Below are positions 51,301-58,230 of a stretch of DNA of 64,000 nucleotides, one piece after another (within the stretch, counting starts at the first letter, position 1; each line of letters starts with the position of its first letter). Both the position numbers and the translations under genes were made by a program. A model generated the notes under the pieces. That model worked only from the letters and a program-made list of their open reading frames with translations, had not been told where the DNA came from and did no database searches. The stretch is from Candidatus Latescibacterota bacterium (lineage in GTDB: Bacteria > Latescibacterota > UBA2968 > UBA8231), in NCBI GenBank assembly GCA_965217585.1, contig OZ244561.1, forward strand, positions 2,016,001 through 2,080,000. Direction: 5' to 3'.

Positions 51301-51408
51301 GACATCCACATCCAAAACGGCCACAACTACACGGCTTTGAGTCTGGCCGAAGAGAGGGGCCATCAAGAAGTGGTCGATTTTCTCCGTTCAGTGGAAGACG
51401 CTGGGTAA
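48361..51408 (+). CDS. Secreted multidomain protein: beta-sandwich with inserted FlgD/T9SS-tail-like domain, dockerin, LDL-receptor YWTD repeats, ankyrin repeats
   Basis: Signal peptide; QNYPNPFNP...GVYIYRL; GDVNNDG and GDVNGDG; six YWT repeats with RANLDGSN; about eight TALMxAA..GH ankyrin repeats. Confidence 0.88.
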   Translation: MKSLIGGLIGLVLSVSVGAEPLLEGRVRLSSGQPAADVQVRLFDLTDLRRFVGTTTDAAGFFALSLQTLSGGRTLPTDFALGQNYPNPFNPSTIIPYQLPASGHVRLEVFNVLGQRLATLVEAERSAGAHTAQWDGTDASGRAVGAGVYIYRLSSGGMTESQRMVLVDGQAGIPAVGAAQGPVRVVEGVVEADDRVYGLIVSGEGLVAYVDPAFRVEVDEADIVLEEYGSSPRMKLTTDRILGDVNNDGQVDAFDALYVLLYSEDSSIALPNNGDISLGDVNGDGQVDLADAVLLATYSVNPSDPTLPPGIGQAAPDLEHPVSAVAFSHIYWTDSHTHTIQRASLDGSNIETLVALEDIGGFRYGGPFGLALDVDGGKMYWTEGHWRIRRANLDGSNIEFLIITGDTPSDLTLDVAGGKMYWTDDRGGIGWGGTIRRANLDGSNRETLLITEGEASNLVLDVAGGKMYWTDWVNRTFQRANLDGSNVETLITGLKLRNLALDVAGGKMYWTEVDDTTYSPADKIRRANLDGSNIETLITGLGLPYGIALDVAGGKMYWTDDRGERYPDKSPHGNIQCANLDGSNIDTLITGLDLPRFIALGPYQRTNHEQIPMRSRQEARSELGERGIPYSQRSFVTYAQNGDLDLVRLFVEAGLDVNVQPYSSSSVYIPTQEDVEQLDDLEAVWFRQDGDEDNDTALMKAAGQGHIEVVRFLVEQGADLNIRNRQDQNALMFAAAGGHLAVVTFLLDREADARSPVNIFYDYRSGPINPLMWAAYNGHLDMFNLLLDYAKQINDNYTLLVASLGWAAYRGHLDIVHLLLEYGVDINAYPQSFDFGYGPTALMLAAYSGQLEVVRLLLENGADIHIRTAEWLSVQTDLGTIYFQEIGGNALMIAINQGHAEVARLLLEHWMWEYSADGRDDYGTSVLMFAAAAGDLEMARLLLENGAPVNAQTDVGTTALMFAAAFGRVEMVRFLVGNGADIHIQNGHNYTALSLAEERGHQEVVDFLRSVEDAG

Positions 51409-51518
51409 TCGGTGGAGGCACAGCTATTTCATACGTCCATATCGCTTGACATAGTAATTTCTTGGGCGATGTTTAGTTTATAAGTAGGAACCAAAACTTC
51501 CCAGTTAAATCATTCATC

Positions 51519-51728
51519 TTGGAGAGAAATATGACCAAAGAAGAAATGAAAGAGTGGGTTCTTGACCATTTAGCTCGAGATCTCGCAGCGGATAAACTAC
51601 CTAAAGCTCATGGGCCAATGGCTAGTCATCTATATGACATAGACGATAGCGAGCCAAAGGAAGATATAGAAAAGGCTCTACGAGATAGAGAAACCTACTA
51701 TAGGAACAACCTACCCCAAACATCTTAA
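51519..51728 (+). CDS. Hypothetical small protein (low GC)
   Basis: GGAGAG SD before ATG 51531; no recognisable motif. Confidence 0.4.
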   Translation: MERNMTKEEMKEWVLDHLARDLAADKLPKAHGPMASHLYDIDDSEPKEDIEKALRDRETYYRNNLPQTS

Positions 51729-51868
51729 CAGGCACTGTGAACGTCGTAGTTATCGGTTCCGGCTGCGGCTTTATTTTTTCGGTTTGATACGCCGCCCGTA
51801 CTGGGACGCCAGCAGAAGGCACAACAACAACTTGTTTTTTAGGGGAAAAGCCCAAAGGAGGCGATGTT

Positions 51869-52054
51869 ATGAATATATTTGAGTATCTTTCAGAAACGCA
51901 GCCCGATGTTTCGCGTTCTTTTAAGGAGTCTCTACCTAGAAGGGCCACGCGATCAAAGATTCAACGCATTTCGTCTCGGCTTGACGATTTGGAAGACCTT
52001 GACTTTGAATACTTTATGTCCGCAGGCCAGATAGTCCAACGCATAAGCCCATAA
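51869..52054 (+). CDS. Hypothetical small protein (low GC)
   Basis: Strong AAAGGAGG SD; followed by a hairpin. Confidence 0.5.
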   Translation: MNIFEYLSETQPDVSRSFKESLPRRATRSKIQRISSRLDDLEDLDFEYFMSAGQIVQRISP

Positions 52055-52075
52055 CTTATCATTGCGTATTTTTTT

Positions 52076-52117
52076 AAACTGGCTCGCCGCACACGCACAC
52101 GAAGGCGAGCCAGTTTT
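52076..52117 (+). terminator. Intrinsic terminator-like hairpin
   Basis: AAACTGGCTCGCC ... GGCGAGCCAGTTT(T), 13-bp stem. Confidence 0.6.
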
Positions 52118-52414
52118 GTATTCGATTGTACCTCTCCCAGCCAGCTTCTAGCTAACGCGCCAACTCCAATCCTGCTTCTCGCAGGTACCCCTCACATTCA
52201 ACCCTCTAAGCTACTTTTGAGGGAAAGTGGTATAAAGGTGCTGAATCAATCGGCGTACCTGTTGCGACGCGCTCGATTTCCCCAACCCCCCATTCCTGTA
52301 TCCTTTCCGCTACACTCCAACGCCTCAAATCCCCCTCCTACCCTCTGAGCCCCGCCTTGGCACGATTCTTGCCCATTGCCGGTACCACCCCGCCCGCAAC
52401 CCAAGGCATGGCTC

Positions 52415-53314
52415 ATGGCCGAATTCGATACCATCGCCAAACATCTCATCCACACCTACCCCCACGACTTCGCCCGCTTCGCCCTCCACCAAAACGACGT
52501 CGAAGTCCTCGGCGTCGTTGACACCGAACAACCCACCGTTGAAGCCCACCGCACTGATAGCCTCATCCGCGTGCAAGTCGGCGGCGAGGAGGCGTTGGTC
52601 CATCACGAATTTCAAACCACCGATAGTAGCCCGCCCATGCCGCATCGCATGGCTGGTTATATCGGGCGCGGCATTGAGCAGCACGGCCGGCCGATCTACT
52701 CCAACGTCATCTATCTGCGTCCCGACGCCGGCCGCACCGATCCGGGGCACTATCTCCAAGAGCGGCATGGCTACCGCGTCTTGGTGCAATACAAGGTGAT
52801 TCGGCTGAGTGAACTAGACGGCCAACGCATTCTCGACGGGGGACATGTAGGCTTGCTTCCGTTTGCGCCGTTGATGCAGCGTCCTGCGGGGGTGGATGCC
52901 GAGGGGTGGTTGCGCCAGTGTGTGAACCGGGCGCAAGAGCTACCCATGGACGAGACCGTCAAGGCGAATTACTTGGCCAATCTTGCCATTTTGAGCGGTT
53001 TGGTGTATAACTTAGAAACGATTATGACCATCATCTCGGAGGCGACCATGTACGAATCGTCGGTAGTGCAGTATTTCACAGAAAAGGGCATTGAGCAAGG
53101 CATTGAGCAAGGCATTGAGCAAGGCATTGAGCAAGGCATCCGCGAAAGCATCCAAGAAGTGTTGGAACTGCGCTTTCAGCCAGAGGCCGTGCGCCGCTTG
53201 GCCGCCCGCATTGGGGCCATCGACGATGTGCAGCGCCTCAAGCAGTTGTTTCGGGCGGCCATACAGGTGCCCAGCCTCGAAGCCTTTAGGCTCCTGTTAG
53301 ATGAAGCCGAGTAG
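52415..53314 (+). CDS. Rpn-family recombination-promoting nuclease / putative transposase
   Basis: FDTIAKHL, RTDSL...HHEFQT, MPHRMAGY, LLPFAPLM, (GIEQ)x4 and a helical C-terminal tail. Confidence 0.85.
   Translation: MAEFDTIAKHLIHTYPHDFARFALHQNDVEVLGVVDTEQPTVEAHRTDSLIRVQVGGEEALVHHEFQTTDSSPPMPHRMAGYIGRGIEQHGRPIYSNVIYLRPDAGRTDPGHYLQERHGYRVLVQYKVIRLSELDGQRILDGGHVGLLPFAPLMQRPAGVDAEGWLRQCVNRAQELPMDETVKANYLANLAILSGLVYNLETIMTIISEATMYESSVVQYFTEKGIEQGIEQGIEQGIEQGIRESIQEVLELRFQPEAVRRLAARIGAIDDVQRLKQLFRAAIQVPSLEAFRLLLDEAE
53048..53314 (+). CDS. Putative intragenic RpnS antitoxin (in-frame internal start, 88 aa)
   Basis: GGAGG at 53038-53042 lies 5 nt before the in-frame ATG 53048. Confidence 0.6.
   Translation: MYESSVVQYFTEKGIEQGIEQGIEQGIEQGIRESIQEVLELRFQPEAVRRLAARIGAIDDVQRLKQLFRAAIQVPSLEAFRLLLDEAE
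53087..53139 (+). repeat. 12-bp tandem repeat GGCATTGAGCAA x4 (GIEQ)
   Basis: Directly visible in the sequence. Confidence 0.95.
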
Positions 53315-53353
53315 GGGCACCGCGCAACATCAGTTATATAAGGAATTGACCTT

Positions 53354-53831
53354 ATGAAGTTGCTTATCGGGTCGCATATATACTGGAGAGACATAGGCAC
53401 GGGAAGAATTCAGCGCGCCAATTTGGATGGTTCCAACATCGAAGACCTCATCACCGGATTGTATGCCCCAGTCTTAGTTGCCCTCGTACCTTATTACGAA
53501 CTGACTAACCCCGAAGAGACTCCAACTGGGAGTCCAGAGGAGACCCGCGCCGCGCTGGCGGAGCGAGGCATCCCCTATACAAGGCTCTTTCCTTGCCTAC
53601 GCCCAAAACGGCGATCTGGAGGTTGTGCGATTGTTTGTCGAGGCTGGGATGGATGTCAACCGTCCAAAACGAGGACGAGGGGTTCGACACCGCCCTTATG
53701 AGGGCGGCCGGCCAAGGCCACCTAGCGGTGGTGCGCTTCCTAGTTGAGCAGGGAGCCGACCTTTACCTCCGTAACAAGCCGAGATACGAAGTTCCTGAAG
53801 AGATCACCGATCCCCGAGTCCGTAACCCCGT
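53354..53831 (+). pseudogene. Decayed paralog of the YWTD-ankyrin protein at 48361
   Basis: Same leader AAGGAATTGACCTTATGAAGT; MKLLIG|SHIYW...RANLDGSN...LAERGIPY, then frameshifted YAQNGDL...FDTALMRAAGQGH; truncated by IS630. Confidence 0.85.
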
Positions 53832-54266
53832 TATGGAGCCTTGGACGTGGTCAAGGGCACCTTCCTCATGCAAAGCTCCCCGAAGGCCCATGCACAGCAT
53901 ACGGTAGATTTCTTACGCTACCTACAACAGCGTCGTCCCGGTCAAAAATTGTTGATCTTTTGGGATGGCGTTTCCTATCATCATCAACATACCATGCGGG
54001 ATTTTCTCGAAACGATCCATGTCGATCTGCCGCCCAACCAGTGGAAGATATGCTGTACGCGATTGGCCCCGTATGCACCCCAAGAAAATCCGGTCGAAGA
54101 CGTCTGGTTAAAAGGCAAAACCTTTGTTCGTACCCATGCGTTAGGGACAACCTGTTTTGAACAGGTTAAGAACTTATTCGTCGAGGGTATCCGAAAAAAG
54201 AAATACTTCCATCTTCCCAAATTGAAACAATATACAGTATCTCTTAAATAATTTAGGATTGCTATA
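53832..54266 (+). mobile_element. IS630-family transposase 3' remnant with right terminus
   Basis: YGALD...IFWDGVSYH...APYAPQENPVEDVW (DDE); ends in TTAGGATTGCTA followed by TA. Confidence 0.8.
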
Positions 54267-54343
54267 TGTCCCTCAGTAGGAGATTCTGCTCTTTCAACCC
54301 GATGTACGACTTCTGTGTTATTCACGGTCTTGTCCTCGTCTCG

Positions 54344-54502
54344 TTAGTCAGCGTGCGACCGTAGGCGGCAGCAGATGTAAGCCGCCGGAACAGCAATCAG
54401 CAGAACGAATCCTAGGCGGCAGCAGATGTAAGCCGGAACTACAATCAGCAGAACGAGTACCGAGACGATGTCGAAGAGACGCCTTATTTCCGGAGATGTC
54501 AC
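54344..54502 (-). CDS. 52-aa small membrane protein with an internal duplication
   Basis: AAAGGAG SD plus GTG; MTSPEIRRLFDIVSVLVLLIVVPAYICCRLGFVLLIAVPAAYICCRLRSHAD; below the ORF-track length cutoff. Confidence 0.55.
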   Translation of the reverse strand: MTSPEIRRLFDIVSVLVLLIVVPAYICCRLGFVLLIAVPAAYICCRLRSHAD

Positions 54503-54638
54503 GGCGGTTTATCTCCTTTCGGGGCTTGGGTGCGTGCGAGAGATGGAGAGAAAGTTAATTGAGCTTGCGACGGACGGGAAAGAAAACAAGGAAGGCAAAA
54601 GTACGCGGCCCATAGGAGGTACAAAGGGAACTGATGGT

Positions 54639-54670
54639 GCTAGCGATGCGAGCGGCTCCGCATCGCTAGC
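54639..54670 (-). terminator. Hairpin downstream of tRNA-Leu
   Basis: GCTAGCGATGCG / CGCATCGCTAGC, 12-bp perfect stem. Confidence 0.5.
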
Positions 54671-54689
54671 TTGCAATGGGTAGTAAAAA

Positions 54690-54776
54690 TGGTGCCGGAG
54701 GTGGGACTCGAACCCACACACCCTTGCGGATACAGGATTTTGAATCCAGCGCGTCTACCAATTCCGCCACTCCGGC
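54690..54776 (-). tRNA. tRNA-Leu(CAA)
   Basis: GCCGGAGTGGCGGAATTGGTAGACGCG-CTGGATTCAAAATCCTG-long variable arm-GGTTCGAGTCCC-ACCTCCGGCACCA; 87 nt with encoded CCA. Confidence 0.95.
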
Positions 54777-54784
54777 TATACCAT

Positions 54785-55273
54785 TTACCACTCCTCTCGT
54801 TCGCTCTTCGGCTTGCCGAGGATTTCCATATAGACGATCGCGTCGCGCGCCGTCTGAGGGTTGAGGAACCAGCGGCCCCGGGTGCGCCGAGGCCGCCGCA
54901 CCTCGCCTGCGTCTTCGGGCTTGGTTTCCGTCAGCCGCTCCATGGCCTGCTTCTCGGCCACCACGGCGCGCCGCTCGGCTTCTACAGCCTGTCGCTCGGC
55001 TTCTAGTGCCTCTCGCTCAGCCTCGGCTGGATCGACCTCGGCGGGAACCGACTCCTCAAAAGGATCGCCGTCAAAAGGCCACCCAAAGGACGGCTCTTCT
55101 TCCTTCTCCTCCTCGACGACAACAGGCGCGGCCGGATTGATTTCGACGTGCTGTTGTTCGATCTCGGCGTGCTGCTGTTGTGCCTCTTCAAGCCGTCTGC
55201 GGCGCTTGCGACGCTCCATCAACGCCGAAAACACGCCGAACACTATGGCGAGGGCAAAGAGTAGGAGTTCCAT
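54785..55273 (-). CDS. Hypothetical membrane-anchored protein of the nfeD-floA operon
   Basis: N-terminal TM, coiled coil, C-terminal ARDAIVYMEILGKPKS. Confidence 0.7.
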   Translation of the reverse strand: MELLLFALAIVFGVFSALMERRKRRRRLEEAQQQHAEIEQQHVEINPAAPVVVEEEKEEEPSFGWPFDGDPFEESVPAEVDPAEAEREALEAERQAVEAERRAVVAEKQAMERLTETKPEDAGEVRRPRRTRGRWFLNPQTARDAIVYMEILGKPKSEREEW

Positions 55274-55276
55274 GGA

Positions 55277-56254
55277 CTAGTTGTCGCGATCCTCGTCGCT
55301 TTCGGCAATCGAGTCGCGCATCTCCGTGTCGGCCTGGATATTGCGCATGCGGTAGTAGTCCATAATGCCCATATTGCCCTCGCGGAAGGCCTCGGCCATT
55401 GCGCGCGGCACCTCGGCTTCGGCTTCCTTGACTCGCGATTCCATTTCCACGACTTGGGCCGTCATCTCCTGCTCGCGCGCCTGGGCCATCGCCCGGCGTT
55501 CCTCGGCCTTGGCTTGGGCGATTTTGAGATCGGCATCCGCCTGATCGGTCTGTAGTTTGGCACCAATATTCTCACCCACATCGACATCGGCGATATCGAT
55601 GGAGAGGATTTCGAAAGCCGTACCCGAATCCAGCCCCTTTTCCAGCACCGTCCTCGAAATGCGATCGGGATTCTCCAGCACCGCTTTGTGCGTATCCGAC
55701 GAGCCGATGGTGGTAACGATGCCCTCGCCGACGCGCGCGATGATCGTCTCCTCGCCGGCACCGCCAACCAGCCGGTCGATATTGGCGCGCACCGTCACCC
55801 GGCACAGGGCCTTGACCTGAATGCCGTCTTTGGCGACCGCCGCGACCAATGGGGTGTTGATCACTTTGGGATTGACGCTCAGCTTGACCGCGTCGAGCAC
55901 ATCGCGACCGGCCAAGTCGATGGCAGTAGCCCGCTCGAAGCTCAGATCGATATTGGCCTTGTCGGCCGAGATCAGCGCTAGGATCACTAGGTTGACATTG
56001 CCGCCGGCCAGAAAGTGGGCTTCCATGCGATCCAAGCCCACGTCGAGACCGGCTTTGGTCGCGCTGATTTTGGGGCCGACGATCTGGCGGGGCGGTACCT
56101 TGCGCAGCCGCATACCCACCAAGTCCTTGAAGATCGCCACCCTGACCCCGGCGAAATAAGCCGTGATCCACAGGCCAATCGGGACGAAATACGTAAAGAG
56201 CGACAAAAAGATGATGATGCCCAAAAGCACCAAGACCAAAAACAGGACTTCCAT
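55277..56254 (-). CDS. floA: Flotillin-like protein FloA (YqfA/UPF0365)
   Basis: [45 protein letters not shown]. Confidence 0.93.
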   Translation of the reverse strand: MEVLFLVLVLLGIIIFLSLFTYFVPIGLWITAYFAGVRVAIFKDLVGMRLRKVPPRQIVGPKISATKAGLDVGLDRMEAHFLAGGNVNLVILALISADKANIDLSFERATAIDLAGRDVLDAVKLSVNPKVINTPLVAAVAKDGIQVKALCRVTVRANIDRLVGGAGEETIIARVGEGIVTTIGSSDTHKAVLENPDRISRTVLEKGLDSGTAFEILSIDIADVDVGENIGAKLQTDQADADLKIAQAKAEERRAMAQAREQEMTAQVVEMESRVKEAEAEVPRAMAEAFREGNMGIMDYYRMRNIQADTEMRDSIAESDEDRDN

Positions 56255-56278
56255 TATAGGCTCCTTGAAGGGAGTGAA

Positions 56279-56788
56279 CTAACGCTTGGCAGGGACTAAT
56301 TGCACCACTACTCTGTTACCGGCCACTTTCAATACCTCGACCTGCTCACCACGCTCAATATAGCCACCTTCGCTGACTACGTCGAATACCCGCTCGCCAA
56401 ATTGTGCCCGCCCCGCCGGCCGCAGCGTCGTCAGCACCTCGCCCGTCTGCCCGAGCAAATCCTCGCGGCCGGGCTTGACCGAATCGTAGCCGGCTTTGCG
56501 CGTCATGCCCTCGTTGAGCACCAAGCGGTTCCAAGCGCGGACCTTGAGCATCATTCTCACTAGGACGGCGATCCCCGCCAGCCCCAGGCCCGCCACGACG
56601 CCAGCCGCCAAGCCGCCCATATTTACATAGGCATAGCCAATGCCAGCGACCGCGGTCAGAAAACCAACGACGCCGAAGATATTGATCCCTGGGATCACGA
56701 AAATTTCCAACAGCACCAGCGCAAAGCCGAGCAATAGCAGGGCCAGCGAATAAACCCATTCCAACACCTCCCCCCCCAGAAAGCTCAT
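56279..56788 (-). CDS. Short NfeD-like membrane protein (C-terminal OB domain)
   Basis: LEIFVIPG, TTLRPAGRA, DVVSEGGYI. Confidence 0.85.
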   Translation of the reverse strand: MSFLGGEVLEWVYSLALLLLGFALVLLEIFVIPGINIFGVVGFLTAVAGIGYAYVNMGGLAAGVVAGLGLAGIAVLVRMMLKVRAWNRLVLNEGMTRKAGYDSVKPGREDLLGQTGEVLTTLRPAGRAQFGERVFDVVSEGGYIERGEQVEVLKVAGNRVVVQLVPAKR

Positions 56789-58104
56789 AGTGGCTTCACC
56801 ACCACTCGACTGCCGCAAGCTTCGACGACTTTAATGGGCCGCTGCGCCTCGATGAATTCGCCTTCGGCGATCACGGTGAGCCGCTGGCCCCCAAACAGGG
56901 CTATACCTGAGGGCCGCAGGTAGCTGACCGTGACCCCCTCCTTGCCCAACAACTCCTCGTCGGTCTTGCGCGAGGAGGAAGTGTACCCGTCGGCGGCCTT
57001 GATTTCGTTGTGGAGCACGAGGCGGTTGAAGGCGGCGAACTTGGGCAGGGAGCGCAAAACGATGAGCGAGAGTATAAACGCGCCGATCATTGAGCCTGCG
57101 AGACGCCCGATCACCGAGACGATTTCGTCGAAACTCCACAATTGAAAATCGCCCAATTGGGTAATCACTACGCTCGCAATCATCGCGCCGATACCCAACA
57201 CGCCCACAATGCCAAAGCCCGGAATGGCCACTAGCTCGACGACCAAAAGCGCCGCGCCGACAGCAAAGAGCGCCAGCTCCTGCCACTCAGCCAGATGCAC
57301 GATCAAGTGGCTGCCAAAGAAAAGCCCCAGCGCCACCAGCGCCAGCGTGCCGCCCAAGCCCCAACCGGGTGTGCGCACCTCGGCGATTAAGCCGAACATG
57401 GCTACGGCTAGCAAAATCGAAGTGACGACCGGGTGGGTCAACATGCGCAAGACGTGCTCGGTCCAGTTGAGCTCGACTTCTATGATTTCGGCTTCGCCTA
57501 GATCGTAGATGCGCAACAGCTCGATTAGCGTCTCGGCCGTCTCGTCGGCCATCTGGTAGTTGAGCGCCTGCTCGGTGGTCAGGGTGGCCGGTCGGCCTGC
57601 TTCGACGCTCAGGCCTGGCACATCGACGCGCTCATCCACCATGGCCTCGGCGATCTTGACGTTGCGGCCAGTGCGCTCGGCCGTAGCGCGCATCTCGGCG
57701 CGCATATAGGAGGTCACTTTGTCGCTGGCCTTGGTGCCCGTGGCATCGACCGGGGTGGTTGCGCCCATGGTCGAGGCTTGAGTCATGACGATTTTGTCGC
57801 AGGCCAACGAAATCAGCGCCCCGGCCGAAATCGCCCGCTTATTGATGAAGGCGATGGTCAGGGTTTCGGCGTCGAGGATGGCGTCGCGGATCACAGTGGC
57901 CGCATCGACTCGTCCGCCAAAGGTGTCGATCTCGAAGACGATTGCGTCGGCTTCGGTCTCGTCGGCATCGGCGATCACGCGCTCGACAAAGGCCGCTACG
58001 CCCGGGTCAATCATGCCCTCTAGCTTGAGGTGGACGCGATAGACGGTCTGAGCGTGGGCGCTGCCGGCCGACAAAATTAGGAGTGTGTAGATAAGATGTC
58101 GCAT
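56785..58104 (-). CDS. nfeD: NfeD/YqeZ membrane-bound ClpP-class serine protease
   Basis: IDTFGGRVDAA, AISAGALI, LRPSG. Confidence 0.88.
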   Translation of the reverse strand: MRHLIYTLLILSAGSAHAQTVYRVHLKLEGMIDPGVAAFVERVIADADETEADAIVFEIDTFGGRVDAATVIRDAILDAETLTIAFINKRAISAGALISLACDKIVMTQASTMGATTPVDATGTKASDKVTSYMRAEMRATAERTGRNVKIAEAMVDERVDVPGLSVEAGRPATLTTEQALNYQMADETAETLIELLRIYDLGEAEIIEVELNWTEHVLRMLTHPVVTSILLAVAMFGLIAEVRTPGWGLGGTLALVALGLFFGSHLIVHLAEWQELALFAVGAALLVVELVAIPGFGIVGVLGIGAMIASVVITQLGDFQLWSFDEIVSVIGRLAGSMIGAFILSLIVLRSLPKFAAFNRLVLHNEIKAADGYTSSSRKTDEELLGKEGVTVSYLRPSGIALFGGQRLTVIAEGEFIEAQRPIKVVEACGSRVVVKPL

Positions 58105-58130
58105 TTATTATTGAATATATGAGGCTATAG

Positions 58131-58160
58131 ATTGTACTCCAACCATCTAACCATTGTCAA
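58131..58160 (-). promoter_or_regulatory. Putative sigma70 promoter of the nfeD-floA operon
   Basis: Minus strand TTGACA-18 bp-TACAAT. Confidence 0.55.
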
Positions 58161-58230
58161 CAACCCTATTTGACCCTCCCTATGGCCCAGCCTATTTTGT
58201 GATTTTCGCTATCTACAGAACGGAAAAGCC

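Noticed and set aside
48361-53831. Diversity-generating retroelement (paralog as template repeat)
   Set aside because: No reverse transcriptase is present and the differences between copies are not adenine-specific.
54362-54456. Two roughly 45-bp direct repeats as a mini-CRISPR or att site
   Set aside because: Only two nearly adjacent copies, explained by a duplication within a small ORF.
54629-54640. AACTGATGGTGC as the inverted partner of GCAACATCAGTT at 53324
   Set aside because: Only an 11/12 match, overlapping a hairpin; compatible with chance.
46440-54690. att duplication of the tRNA-Leu 3' end or an integrase gene
   Set aside because: No second copy of the tRNA 3' end and no tyrosine or serine recombinase found in the window.
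54785-58104. nfeD-nfeD-floA operon as a novel system
   Set aside because: Well-known conserved arrangement, as in B. subtilis yqeZ-yqfA-yqfB.
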